Below are positions 1-8,910 of a stretch of DNA of 40,803 nucleotides, in pieces. The notes under the pieces are model-generated. The model was not told the DNA's origin. It was given only the letters and a program-made list of their open reading frames with translations, and did no database searches. Positions within the stretch are counted from its first letter, which is position 1. Every line of letters starts with the position of its first letter. The position numbers and the translations under genes were made by a program. Source of the DNA: a virus (Duplodnaviria > Caudoviricetes); the IMG/VR virus record IMGVR_UViG_3300048856_000136, positions 1 through 40,803 of that record; one strand, written 5' to 3'.

Positions 1-348
1 TCACGGCGTATCGATAGTTAATTTCACTTTGTGCCAGCCGCTGGTGGTCCAGCATTTTGCATCGCCCTGACATGGGCAATCATTAACCGGCAAACTTTCA
101 TGACACTTCTCACACTGGCTTTCAGCCAACACTTCTAATTGCTTCTTCAGCTCGCCATGATATTTGCGAATCATCAGTGCTATCAGTTCTGAACGGTCAT
201 ATGGATCACGACCCGGACGACGAGCGGCGCAATCATGGTCGAGCATTACCAGCTCCTGATCATCCAGAATCAGTTCAATCTTGTGATTACCGGCAGCGGC
301 CTGACGTTTCCGCTGCTCGGCTTTGCGTTCTGCTGCGGACTTACCCAA
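1..348 (-). CDS. Conserved phage hypothetical protein with C-terminal Cys cluster (possible Zn binding)
   Basis: 115-aa ORF coupled to 341..613. Basic N-terminus (KSAAERKAEQRKRQ) and CxxC..CxC..C near the C-terminus. Confidence 0.7.
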   Translation of the reverse strand: MGKSAAERKAEQRKRQAAAGNHKIELILDDQELVMLDHDCAARRPGRDPYDRSELIALMIRKYHGELKKQLEVLAESQCEKCHESLPVNDCPCQGDAKCWTTSGWHKVKLTIDTP

Positions 349-613
349 TGCCTTTCTCCTCCATCATAAGGAAAACAATCATTGCTGCCCGAAGCGGGTT
401 AAGGTGTGACACGAATTTATTGCTCATCAAACCTTCAGCTGTAGGGAATGCATCGGCCAAAGAATTTTTGAAGCAACAGACAGCAATCGAAGCCTGCTGG
501 ATAAGAGGGCCAGCATCGGCCCATGAATTACAATATTCAGCGGTCTTGCCCGTCACTTCGGATACCCAGAAGTTGATTTCAAAGTCGAGCATATCGCTGT
601 AGTTTTGCATCAC
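341..613 (-). CDS. NinX/DUF2591-family phage protein
   Basis: Motif YCNSWADAGPLI and C-terminal NPLRAAMIVFL. GGGAGAG RBS. Confidence 0.7.
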   Translation of the reverse strand: MMQNYSDMLDFEINFWVSEVTGKTAEYCNSWADAGPLIQQASIAVCCFKNSLADAFPTAEGLMSNKFVSHLNPLRAAMIVFLMMEEKGIG

Positions 614-619
614 TCTCCC

Positions 620-1024
620 TTAACCCATACATTCAAGGTAGATGCCATTGGCGATCAGTCGCGCGCGGCGTTCGGCTGCTTTCCTGAACTTAGCAATGGC
701 TTCATCTGACCGGTCATTGCGATAATTGATGACCATTGATTTAGCTGGCATTGGCGCAACACGGCGCGGCTTCCTGATTAACGTGTAGGTGCGGTCAATC
801 GAACCACCTTCCAGGCGAACCAGATTGGATGCTTCGATCTGTAAGGTTTGACCGCCACGCTGCATGGTATTGAGAATCAGCCTGTTGAACTCAATGAGTG
901 AAATACCTAGCCTGGCTGACAGTTCACGGCCTGTTGCTGGTCCTTTCGATAACTGCCACGCCAGCTTTTCATTGAAGCCTGAGTTGGGTCCATTGCTGCG
1001 GCGGTACTGGGCAATCTTTTTCAT
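620..1024 (-). CDS. Hypothetical protein, probable winged HTH
   Basis: LSKGPATGRELSARLGIS HTH-like segment. ATGA overlap with the upstream gene. Confidence 0.6.
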   Translation of the reverse strand: MKKIAQYRRSNGPNSGFNEKLAWQLSKGPATGRELSARLGISLIEFNRLILNTMQRGGQTLQIEASNLVRLEGGSIDRTYTLIRKPRRVAPMPAKSMVINYRNDRSDEAIAKFRKAAERRARLIANGIYLECMG

Positions 1025-1461
1025 GACACCACCTTCAAAGCCGGACGTGAGCGGAGCAAATCCATCTCCATCTGCGAGATGATGTTGATAGCGTGAGAAA
1101 TGCCTGGCTGGTGGTGATTAGTCAGCGTGCAGACTGCACGACGTACTTCACCGATAGCCTCACCACGCATCGTACGAATCCACTGGTCGCTGGCAGGTGT
1201 AGAAAGAGCGACGTTCAAGTCATCAATAAGTGTCAGGTCAGCACCAGCTGCCTGAAGGGCGCTAATGGTTTCGGGCAGAACACTGTTGATTCGCAAAACT
1301 TCTGCGGCCATCAGGTTGGCCCGAACATTCGCAACGTCCAGGCGAGAAGACAACTCGCTAACCATCTTTGCCATTTCAAGCAGTGGAGTGTCCGCACCTA
1401 GGTTCTTGGCAAACTGATGGCCTGCTGCTACCAATTCTTTATTGGATTTATTTGAAAGCAT
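1021..1461 (-). CDS. Ead/Ea22-like early phage protein
   Basis: Helical/coiled-coil ORF with TPASDQWIRTMRGEA, resembling the Ead/Ea22 TPATDAFLAEVRAQG motif. GAGGG RBS. Confidence 0.5.
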   Translation of the reverse strand: MLSNKSNKELVAAGHQFAKNLGADTPLLEMAKMVSELSSRLDVANVRANLMAAEVLRINSVLPETISALQAAGADLTLIDDLNVALSTPASDQWIRTMRGEAIGEVRRAVCTLTNHHQPGISHAINIISQMEMDLLRSRPALKVVS

Positions 1462-1666
1462 TCTGATGGCCCTCAGTGAACAGTAATGTTGATGGTTTTA
1501 TTAAGGCGCTCAGCTTCGTTCTGCGCCTTGATAGGGTTACTGATTACCGAGCCATCAGGCATGATCCAGCCGTTCAGGATGTGGCTGTAGGGCAGGGTAA
1601 TGATGCCAACGGTGATATGGTCGTTTGGCTTTTCCATGAAATTCTCCAGTCGCTAGTGAGGCGTGG

Positions 1667-2203
1667 TTAATCAAGACGCATTGGCATGACAATAATTTTT
1701 GCGGTTTCCCATGGGTTCCTGATTTCAATCAGCGACCCTGTAGAGCTGCCATTAGGTTTGATGCGTATTGATTCGAATTTAGGGTTATAAAGCCGGGCAA
1801 CGCGCTCGACATCTGCCAGATATTTAGCGTTAAAACCAATCTCAGAAACTGGTTTGTTATCAGTAGGGATTACGCGTTTAACATCCGGGTATTTGCCATC
1901 AACCACTTCACAGAGCCCGAGGTTTTGACGAACACCAAATTCATCCAGATAAGTAACAACGCCTGATTCAGTGTCAAAAGTGGCTTTATCGAAACGAGTG
2001 AAGCGTGGGCCCTTAAGTCGAACAATAATGTTCTGTTCAAGCCCATCGGTTTGATGCTCACCGATAAATAAACGGTGACCATCGGTTGAATAAAGTTCTT
2101 TGCCAGGAGCAAAGCAGAAGCCCATCAGGTAATAACGTGGGTCGTTCTTTGCCTGAAAAAGCAAAGCAGATAACAAGGCTGGTTTCGTTAGCGTCAGTAG
2201 CAT
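1667..2203 (-). CDS. Truncated DNA polymerase III beta-clamp-like protein
   Basis: DPRYYLMG, STDGHRL, DGKYPDVKRVIP, IGFNAKYL and IIVMPMRL match DnaN domain 2/3 motifs. ATG at 2203 follows a GTGTGTGGAG RBS. Confidence 0.75.
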   Translation of the reverse strand: MLLTLTKPALLSALLFQAKNDPRYYLMGFCFAPGKELYSTDGHRLFIGEHQTDGLEQNIIVRLKGPRFTRFDKATFDTESGVVTYLDEFGVRQNLGLCEVVDGKYPDVKRVIPTDNKPVSEIGFNAKYLADVERVARLYNPKFESIRIKPNGSSTGSLIEIRNPWETAKIIVMPMRLD

Positions 2204-2340
2204 TAAAATTCTCCACACACGATTTTTAGTTGCATGAATCCCTTGCCATTGACGGCAATAAAAACTTATTGGATTCGTTTAAGTTGGCTGGTGGGCTACT
2301 GCAATAACCCACAGCCTGATTACTCCACACATGAAAGGTT

Positions 2341-2464
2341 GCTGCGGTGCCGGGTGCCTCCCGGTGCTCTGGTCAGACTGACAAACTCCAGAGCGGAAAC
2401 TCTTAGACTTTTAGCATGCGCTGTTTGACAGTCTTCCGCGTGCGCTAGCCGCATTCACCACAAC
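2341..2464 (-). ncRNA. C4/CI-like structured phage RNA (copy 1) in the pL transcript
   Basis: Closing stem TTGTGGTG/CACCGCAG, AAT plus a small hairpin, and 3' hairpin CCGGGAGGCACCCGG. Architecture resembles P1 C4/P4 CI-type RNAs. Confidence 0.55.
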
Positions 2465-2535
2465 GAGAAGGACACTTACTCCACGTCTCTAAAGCGTTCG
2501 AAAACACCCGCTTTGCAAATGTCCTTATCGTTGTG
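2459..2535 (-). other. Long inverted repeat, candidate RNase III processing stem
   Basis: CACAACGAGAAGGACA (2459-2474) pairs with TGTCCTTATCGTTGTG (2520-2535), one mismatch. Confidence 0.45.
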
Positions 2536-2593
2536 AAAAAGGGTGGTTAAACCAAACTCCCGGAGTAACCGCTAACACAGCAATTCAGTACTC

Positions 2594-2749
2594 TTAAAAC
2601 GCTGGTCCGCGAACCACGTTTTCAACATCACACTGCACACTCACCACACCGGCATCACCACAACAGACAACATCAGCATCTGGGAATAGCCTCAAAAAGG
2701 TAATCAGGTCCCTGACCGTTGTGTTCGACATGTTTTTAATCATCTTCAC
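2594..2749 (-). CDS. Small 51-aa protein, first gene of the pL operon (below ORF-track cutoff)
   Basis: GTG start after GAGGG RBS: MKMIKNMSNTTVRDLITFLRLFPDADVVCCGDAGVVSVQCDVENVVRGPAF*. Confidence 0.55.
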   Translation of the reverse strand: MKMIKNMSNTTVRDLITFLRLFPDADVVCCGDAGVVSVQCDVENVVRGPAF

Positions 2750-2849
2750 ACTACTGCCCTCACACCACTGCAACTGCTTTAGCGAATCATCCCGGCCTTC
2801 ATATGCCCTGGGCGGCTACTTCGTGGGCGTCCTGCCTGTTCGCTGCTGA

Positions 2850-2919
2850 TGTCTTCATTATTGCCGGAAGTGATAAATCAGTCAACACCGCTAGAGATAT
2901 TTTATATCCAGCGGTGCTT
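2850..2919 (-). promoter_or_regulatory. pL promoter with OL operators
   Basis: Minus strand TTGACT-17-AATAAT, transcript starting ATCAGCAG as in lambda pL. 17-bp operator-like sites at 2859-2875, 2883-2899 (TATCTCTAGCGGTGTTG, near lambda OL2) and 2903-2919. Confidence 0.85.
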
Positions 2920-3020
2920 ATGTTGTTGATTGATCTGATATTAAAAATTCTTTGAACGCTAAATTATTGAATTGAGCATATGGTAAGGTGGTTTTTGTGT
3001 GTTTCTTGAGCGGCAGATTC

Positions 3021-3224
3021 ATGAGCAAACAATCAGATGAGCTTTACGATGAGATGTGCAGGGTTGTCGGTGACGTGGTTTTCACGCTTCACGATTTTGG
3101 GGTTGAGTCGAAGCAGATAGTGATAGCAGATGCACTTAGAGCGGCGCTGGCTCATAAAGGAGAGGAAAGAACAGAGTTGATGATAAAGGCAATAGAAGCT
3201 CAAGTGCGCGTGCTGGATCGGTAG
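3021..3224 (+). CDS. fumD: FumD/YdhZ (DUF2767)-like small protein, copy 1
   Basis: DELYDEMCRVVGDVV...KQIVIADALRAALA resembles E. coli YdhZ/FumD. ATG 3021 preferred. Confidence 0.7.
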   Translation: MSKQSDELYDEMCRVVGDVVFTLHDFGVESKQIVIADALRAALAHKGEERTELMIKAIEAQVRVLDR

Positions 3225-3229
3225 GCATG

Positions 3230-3252
3230 AAAAACCCGGCGTGGTGGCCGGG
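3230..3252 (-). terminator. Intrinsic terminator closing the cI operon
   Basis: CCCGGC/GCCGGG stem with an A-run on the + strand, between convergent genes. Confidence 0.7.
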
Positions 3253-3260
3253 CTGCAAGG

Positions 3261-3740
3261 CTATTTGGAGGCTAGCAACTCAAAAAGCTTAACCACGCCA
3301 AAGAGTGCACCAGGTATTGTTAGCACCCAAAAGACGATGGCTATTTTTTGATCCTTCAACTTCCCATCAAACACAGATGTATGATTATCTAGCGATAATG
3401 AAATTTTTTGTGACTGTAGTGCCAGTTCGGAAGCTAACTTAGACGATTGCAACTCCAGAGCTGATGCAAGTTTTGCTGATTGAAGCTCTAACGCTCCAGT
3501 TAGCTTTGAGCTTTGCAAGTCAATTTTTGAGTCTAAACGGATAAGGCTTTCATTCAGGCGTATAAGCGTAGAGTCGATTGCTTCGACTTTCTTTTCAAGC
3601 TTGTCTAACCGCTCAGTCATGTTGCCTCCACCGCCATTTCCGCCCCCGCGTTCTAATGATCGCTCATTATCTATTCCATGTCCATCAGCAAGGTCTTCAG
3701 GTGATGTCGCGCTTACAAGACGCATATGATCTTTAGCCAT
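3261..3740 (-). CDS. Coiled-coil protein with C-terminal TM helix (rexB position)
   Basis: Gly linker GGGNGGGGNM, four 11-aa repeats (xLQSxKLxxxL) and a hydrophobic C-terminus. Overlaps the upstream gene. Confidence 0.75.
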   Translation of the reverse strand: MAKDHMRLVSATSPEDLADGHGIDNERSLERGGGNGGGGNMTERLDKLEKKVEAIDSTLIRLNESLIRLDSKIDLQSSKLTGALELQSAKLASALELQSSKLASELALQSQKISLSLDNHTSVFDGKLKDQKIAIVFWVLTIPGALFGVVKLFELLASK

Positions 3741-4158
3741 TATCAGCCTCCATGCCTAAGACATTGAATAGAACATCCATGCTATCAACGGGTGCTGTAG
3801 GTTCGCCCAATATGTCTAAAAGCTCACATCTGAATCGATGCGTGCCATTGAATGTTGGGTTAAAGAAATAGCTAGCAGTAAGAAAAGAAGATCGTCTTAT
3901 CGGGTCAATATGGTCTCCAGGAATTGCATCCATGGATGATGAAATGGAAACCTCTTCGTTATGTGGATTGAAAAGCTTAAGGTTAACAAAATAAGGAGAT
4001 CCGGCCTTGAGCTCCAAGAAAGAAATGCCCATGCTCATTGCAATGATGCCGTCATCTCTTACAGTAAAGTTCAATGTAGGGGACCTTGCCCCCTCTAAAT
4101 TAAATTTTGCAGGGAAGATAAATGCGATTCTCCCGGAAGCATTTGTTATCTCGCTCAT
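3733..4158 (-). CDS. Hypothetical beta-rich protein (rexA position)
   Basis: 141-aa AT-richer ORF immediately downstream of cI. Confidence 0.7.
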   Translation of the reverse strand: MSEITNASGRIAFIFPAKFNLEGARSPTLNFTVRDDGIIAMSMGISFLELKAGSPYFVNLKLFNPHNEEVSISSSMDAIPGDHIDPIRRSSFLTASYFFNPTFNGTHRFRCELLDILGEPTAPVDSMDVLFNVLGMEADNG

Positions 4159-4184
4159 TCAATCATGCCCCAATACTAAACAAC

Positions 4185-4898
4185 TCACCCAAACGTCTCT
4201 TCCGGCCACTGAGCCTTAACCACTTTACCTATGATGCGGCAGCTATGATCGCAGTCCAGAATTCTATAGGACGGATTGAGCGGTACCAGATAGCTGACCC
4301 CTGCATCCTTCTCATACTTTTTGAAAGTCACTTCAGAGTCAGCATTCGCTGATGCCACACAGAAGTCGCCAGTCTCGACCGGTTCTGCCGGGTCGATAAG
4401 AATCAGCATCCCTTCAGGGAAGCTTGGTCGAACACCCTGTGGCGCAGTCATTGAGTGACCTTTGACTTCAAGCCAGAAGGCTTTGTCACTGGCCTTCTTG
4501 GTTGTCGGAACCCACGCCTTAGCATCTCTGGAGGTAAAACTACCAACCTCAGAAAAGTCACCAGCCTGGACATAGGTGAACAGGGGATACTCATAGTGAT
4601 TCGGGCGAGAGTTTTCCTCGCCAATCGACTGATACATGTCAGCGATCTCAGCTGCGATTCTCGGACTGAACTCACCAACATTAACTTTCAAAAATCTTGC
4701 TAATGCTGAGGCGTTACTGGGATTTAGAGCGTTTACGCCATTCAACAATGATGCAACAGCTGACTGACCTACGCCTAAGGCGTCCGCCACTGACTCTTGG
4801 GAAATGCCCAATTCAGATTTTTTGCGCTCATAGATTGATTTCAGTCTCTGCGCGTCTTCGATTTGCTCAGTAGTGAGCGGCTTTTTCTTTGCATTCAT
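4185..4898 (-). CDS. cI: Lambda-like CI repressor (HTH + S24 peptidase)
   Basis: [27 protein letters not shown] cleavage site, GHSM, TFKK and C-terminal WPEETFG as in lambda CI. Confidence 0.97.
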   Translation of the reverse strand: MNAKKKPLTTEQIEDAQRLKSIYERKKSELGISQESVADALGVGQSAVASLLNGVNALNPSNASALARFLKVNVGEFSPRIAAEIADMYQSIGEENSRPNHYEYPLFTYVQAGDFSEVGSFTSRDAKAWVPTTKKASDKAFWLEVKGHSMTAPQGVRPSFPEGMLILIDPAEPVETGDFCVASANADSEVTFKKYEKDAGVSYLVPLNPSYRILDCDHSCRIIGKVVKAQWPEETFG

Positions 4899-4980
4899 AC
4901 GTGAAATTTATCACCGCATGGGATAAATGACTAACACCGCACGTGTTGACTATTTTACCTCTAGCGGTGATAATTAAGCC
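4899..4980. promoter_or_regulatory. OR3-OR2-OR1 with pR and leaderless pRM
   Basis: OR3 TATCACCGCATGGGATA 4909-4925, OR2 TAACACCGCACGTGTTG 4932-4948, OR1 TACCTCTAGCGGTGATA 4956-4972. pR TTGACT-17-GATAAT. pRM -10 abuts the cI ATG. Confidence 0.93.
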
Positions 4981-4999
4981 TGTCCATTAGGAGATGATT

Positions 5000-5221
5000 A
5001 TGAGCCAGAGAATAAAACTCAAAGATTATGTAGATCAGTTTGGTCAGACAAAGGCAGCTACCGATTTAGGCGTATACCAAAGCGCGATATTCAAAGCGAT
5101 TTCTCTAAAGCGTGACATCACTGTGATTCTCCATGAGGACGGGACAATTTCAGCGGAAGAAGTAAAGCCGTTCCCTGCAAATCGTAAGTGTGATCACAAG
5201 TCTATATCGACAGCTTTTTAA
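5000..5221 (+). CDS. cro: Lambda-like Cro
   Basis: [43 protein letters not shown]. Confidence 0.95.
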   Translation: MSQRIKLKDYVDQFGQTKAATDLGVYQSAIFKAISLKRDITVILHEDGTISAEEVKPFPANRKCDHKSISTAF

Positions 5222-5249
5222 TTTTAACCACAGGCAAAAGGGCTTAACC

Positions 5250-5798
5250 GTGGATCAGAAGCACTGGCAGGTAGAGAAGCAACCAGCATGGCTGGTGGCA
5301 GCAATCAAGAAGACTATTTCAAGTCTTCCGGGTGGGTATGCAGAAGCAGCTGAATGGCTGGGCGTGACTGAGGATGCACTGTTCAACCGCCTGCGTACCA
5401 ATGGCGATCAGATTTTCCCAATGGGCTGGGCGATGGTTCTGCAGCAGGCAAGCGGCACCAAGTACATCGCTAATGCCGTATCCCGCCAGTCTAACAGCGT
5501 CAACGTTCCGCTGGTGGACATTGAGGATGTTGATAACGCGGACATCAATCAGCGACTGATGGAGTCAGTTGAGTGGATTGGCAAGCACTCTGCTTACATT
5601 CGCAAAGCAACCGCCGATGGCGTGATTGATGCAAATGAGCGTGAGCAGATTGAAGAGAACAGCTATCAGGTCATGGCTAAGTGGCAGGAGCATCTGACGC
5701 TGCTGTATCGCGTTTTTTGCGCGCCAGAAAAGGTGAACGCCGCAGGATTGCAGCCCGCGACGTTCGATGCGACTAAATCAACGTGTGTGGAGAACTAA
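5250..5798 (+). CDS. ymfL: YmfL-family (CII-position) regulator
   Basis: HWQVEKQPAWLV..LPGGYAEAAEWLGVTEDALFNRLR..GDQIFP matches e14 YmfL. GTG start inferred. Confidence 0.85.
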   Translation: MDQKHWQVEKQPAWLVAAIKKTISSLPGGYAEAAEWLGVTEDALFNRLRTNGDQIFPMGWAMVLQQASGTKYIANAVSRQSNSVNVPLVDIEDVDNADINQRLMESVEWIGKHSAYIRKATADGVIDANEREQIEENSYQVMAKWQEHLTLLYRVFCAPEKVNAAGLQPATFDATKSTCVEN

Positions 5799-5802
5799 TC
5801 GC

Positions 5803-6153
5803 GTGATCAATTTAACCAGATTATCAGGGTTACCGCAATTCCGTTGCCTTCCCTCGACGGGTGGGCGCTTTAGCGGTGAGCTGCTGCGGTATGTGCTCAA
5901 TGTACTAGGCGTCAGCGAAGAAGTTAACCACGGCTTTGTTGACTGGGCTGTGGGCGATGCTAACCAGCGAATGAAGGCGACTAAATGCGAGAGCTTGACC
6001 GTATCTTCCGAGATAAGCGCGGCATCCCTGTGCGGGTCATCCGCTGGGAGCCAGAGAACGACAGGGTTATCTACCTGCGCGACAACTACGAACATGGCGA
6101 GTGCTTCAGCTCTCTTGAACGGTTTAAGCAATATTTCAGGGAGGTCGAAGTAA
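5803..6153 (+). CDS. ymfM: YmfM-like protein (e14 division inhibitor homolog)
   Basis: GTG after GTGTGTGGAG RBS. YVLNV..HGFVDWAVGD resembles YmfM, and it is syntenic after ymfL. Confidence 0.6.
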   Translation: MINLTRLSGLPQFRCLPSTGGRFSGELLRYVLNVLGVSEEVNHGFVDWAVGDANQRMKATKCESLTVSSEISAASLCGSSAGSQRTTGLSTCATTTNMASASALLNGLSNISGRSK

Positions 6154-6179
6154 TTCATGAGCCTACTTCTGAAAGTTAA
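5985..6179 (+). CDS. DUF4222-family protein, overlapping ymfM in another frame
   Basis: FRDKRGIPVRVIRWEPENDRVIYLR..ECFSSLERF typical of this pre-replication gene. Confidence 0.75.
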   Translation: MRELDRIFRDKRGIPVRVIRWEPENDRVIYLRDNYEHGECFSSLERFKQYFREVEVIHEPTSES

Positions 6180-7038
6180 ACCATTGGTGATAAGCCCAGA
6201 GCTTGCGCAGCGCATTGGTCTGAATGAGGCGATTGTGCTGCAGCAGATTTGCTATTGGCTGGAAGACACCACATCCGGCGTCGAATATGACGGCAAGCGC
6301 TGGGTTTATAACACTATCGAAGATTGGACTAATCAGTTCCCATTCTGGTCATCGGACACCGTTAAACGCGCTCTGACATCACTTAAAAAACGCGACTTAA
6401 TTTTTGTCGAGCAATTGAAAAAAGCACAGCATGATCGGACTAATTATTACGCAATTAACCACGCAAACCCTCTGCTGGCCGATGAGGGCAAATTGCCCTC
6501 ATCGAAGGATGCAAGTTGCACTCATCGAACAGGGCAATCTGCACCAATCGATCAGGGCAATTTAAACTCATCGATGGGGGCAAATTGCCCTCGTCTTACA
6601 GAGAATACAACAGAGATTACTACAGAGATTACATCAACCCCTTCTTGTCAGGTTGCCTCGCAACCCGACCGGGAAGTTTTGATCAATGACTCTGCTAAAA
6701 AGGTTCTGACTCACCTGAACCAAACAACCGGGATTAAATTCCAATTTAGCCGTTCATCACTGGAAAATATCCGGGGCCGGCTGGCGGAAGGCTACAAACC
6801 TGCCGAGCTGATGCTGGTGGTTGATTACAAGCATGAGCACTGGCGCAACACAGAGCAGGCTCAATACCTTCGCCCGGCAACGTTGTTCATTCCCAAAAAC
6901 TTCCCTGGCTATCTCCTGTCAGCGACCAAATGGGATAAGTCAGGCCGACCACCATGCGTGAACGGCAAATGGCAGCGCGATGTAATGGCTGTATCCGAAG
7001 TCGATAAAGAAACGCCTCATGGCTTTCGTGGAGCATAA
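6157..7038 (+). CDS. Phage replication initiator with conserved phage C-terminal domain
   Basis: IGLNEAIVLQQI..WVYNT..FPFWS N-terminus, QYLRPATLF C-terminal domain, internal iterons. Confidence 0.88.
   Translation: MSLLLKVKPLVISPELAQRIGLNEAIVLQQICYWLEDTTSGVEYDGKRWVYNTIEDWTNQFPFWSSDTVKRALTSLKKRDLIFVEQLKKAQHDRTNYYAINHANPLLADEGKLPSSKDASCTHRTGQSAPIDQGNLNSSMGANCPRLTENTTEITTEITSTPSCQVASQPDREVLINDSAKKVLTHLNQTTGIKFQFSRSSLENIRGRLAEGYKPAELMLVVDYKHEHWRNTEQAQYLRPATLFIPKNFPGYLLSATKWDKSGRPPCVNGKWQRDVMAVSEVDKETPHGFRGA
6481..6632 (+). repeat. Replication origin: five tandem 23-bp palindromic iterons plus three 12-bp repeats
   Basis: GATGAGGGCAAATTGCCCTCATC-like units start at 6481, 6504, 6527, 6550 and 6573. 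ACAGAGA(A/T)TAC(A/T) x3 follows. Confidence 0.85.
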
Positions 7039-7043
7039 CAGGA

Positions 7044-7481
7044 GTGAACATGATGAATATTGAAGCAATGATTGTGACGCACCTGTTAGCCAACCCGGGG
7101 CAGACAACGGCGCAGCTGGCTAAGTCTACCGGCATCAGTCGTATTCAGGTGAGCAAGTGTATTGGCACCCTGACACTTATCGGCGATGTCTTTCGCGATA
7201 ATCAGTGCCGTTATTTTGTGTCTGAGCCAGCCAGTGAAGGTGATGACAGCTTTTCATTACTGAGCAACAAGGCTTATCGCCTTGAAGAAAAGAAGCTCTG
7301 GCGTCGTGCTGCGGAAGTCTGGCTGCGTGCAATGGATTCAACCCGCAAGGAGGGGCTGCGTCAAAAGGCCGTTCTGCGCCGTACGCACTGCATCGTGATG
7401 GGTTCGGTACGCTGCGAACGCTACGCCGGAATAAACAGCGGTCGGGTCAGTGAGAGCAATCTTCGCGAGGTTATCAGATGA
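7044..7481 (+). CDS. PerC-family transcriptional regulator
   Basis: N-terminal HTH plus KAYRLEEKKLWRRAAEVWLRAMD PerC motif. Confidence 0.8.
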   Translation: MNMMNIEAMIVTHLLANPGQTTAQLAKSTGISRIQVSKCIGTLTLIGDVFRDNQCRYFVSEPASEGDDSFSLLSNKAYRLEEKKLWRRAAEVWLRAMDSTRKEGLRQKAVLRRTHCIVMGSVRCERYAGINSGRVSESNLREVIR

Positions 7482-7600
7482 ATAACCGGTTGATGCACCA
7501 CTACGAACTGAACGTGGTTTTTTACCAAAGCATTCGCACTGCGGCACTGATGATTACCGCGCTGATTATTGTCCTGACATGGGAGCTGAAAACAGCATGA
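7478..7600 (+). CDS. 40-aa single-TM peptide (not in ORF track)
   Basis: MNNRLMHHYELNVVFYQSIRTAALMITALIIVLTWELKTA*. ATGA-coupled at both ends, GAGG RBS. Confidence 0.65.
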   Translation: MNNRLMHHYELNVVFYQSIRTAALMITALIIVLTWELKTA

Positions 7601-8910
7601 GCACACTGGCAAAGATTTACGACGACAAGAAGAATACTGATACCAACATCACTACCCGCAAAACTTATCTGCTGGGCGTTGATGAACTCTACGTCGAAAA
7701 TAATTACAACATCCGGGAGATTGACCAGACCCACGTCGAGGAATTCCGCGACGCCTTTATCGCTGGTGAGCACGTGCCTCCGCTGGCTGTTAAGGTTACG
7801 GAGAAGGGCATCAAGATTATCGACGGCCATCACCGATACTACGGCGCGAAGCTGGCTCAGGCAGCAGAGTATGAACTGCGCCTTGAGTGCAAGGACTTCG
7901 TGGGCAGTGAGGCTGACAGCGTGGCGTTCATGGTCACCAGTAGTCAGGGTCGCGCTTTGTTGCCGCTTGAACGTGCAGCTGCATATCAGCGCCTGATTAA
8001 TCAGGGGTTAGAGCCATCCGAAATCGCCACCAAGGTTAAGCGTTCGATCACCGACGTTGAGCAACACCTGCAACTACTGACCGTTGGCGAACCGCTGATT
8101 GAAATGGTTAAGGCTGGAGAAGTGGCCGCAACCACAGCTATTGCCATGCAGCGTGAACACGGCGTGAAAGCATCAACCGTTGCTCAGGAACAGATGCAAA
8201 AGGCCAAAGCCGCAGGTAAGAAGAAGCTGACTAAGGCCGACGCTATGCCACAGTTCAGCGCAGCCAAAGCACGCCGCCTGTTAGAACTGCTCAGCGTGTC
8301 CGATATGGATAACGTAGAGGATGGTGCGTTTGCTCTTTATGTCGGAAAAGATCGCCGCGAAGAAGTTTTGGCAATCATCAATGAGTACCGCGAAGGGATG
8401 CCGCAGGCGTTCAAAGAAGCGGAGCAGCCGGAGCAGGATTGCGGCGATGAACTACCGCTGACCCGTCAGGATATCCTTGAGCAGAGCGGTGTTGAAACAT
8501 GGGCTTGTGCCATTGCCTGCTTCGGACTCAAACCCGAATACAGCTTCACAGAGTCTAAATACGCGCACGTATGGGCCTCAGATTCAGTCGAAGCGCCAGA
8601 AATGATGGTTGTACCAGCCGATACCATTAAAAAGGCTCTACGCCTCATTAAAGAGCATGAGGATAACCTAGAGCTGAAGCTCTGGATTGCTGACCAGTTC
8701 GAAGAGCCAGACAGTGAGGGTACCTATTTTCAACGCTTCTCATCGGTACTGATTGAAACCCGCCTGGATAAGCCGTGCACGGTTCAGGAATTCACCGCGC
8801 TGGTGGAGCAAACGGATCGTGAATGCTGGTCAAACATTCGCATGCTGCGTCAGGCAGTTCGTGAGGTAGCCGGTCAGATGACCATTCCAGATGTTGGGGA
8901 GGCGGTATGA
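7597..8910 (+). CDS. ParB/Srx-domain protein with C-terminal extension
   Basis: VPPLAV..IIDGHHRY ParB motif followed by an HTH. Confidence 0.8.
   Translation: MSTLAKIYDDKKNTDTNITTRKTYLLGVDELYVENNYNIREIDQTHVEEFRDAFIAGEHVPPLAVKVTEKGIKIIDGHHRYYGAKLAQAAEYELRLECKDFVGSEADSVAFMVTSSQGRALLPLERAAAYQRLINQGLEPSEIATKVKRSITDVEQHLQLLTVGEPLIEMVKAGEVAATTAIAMQREHGVKASTVAQEQMQKAKAAGKKKLTKADAMPQFSAAKARRLLELLSVSDMDNVEDGAFALYVGKDRREEVLAIINEYREGMPQAFKEAEQPEQDCGDELPLTRQDILEQSGVETWACAIACFGLKPEYSFTESKYAHVWASDSVEAPEMMVVPADTIKKALRLIKEHEDNLELKLWIADQFEEPDSEGTYFQRFSSVLIETRLDKPCTVQEFTALVEQTDRECWSNIRMLRQAVREVAGQMTIPDVGEAV

Noticed and set aside
5210-5235. nutR boxA after cro
   Set aside because: GCTTTTTAA is only a weak match and no boxB hairpin follows.
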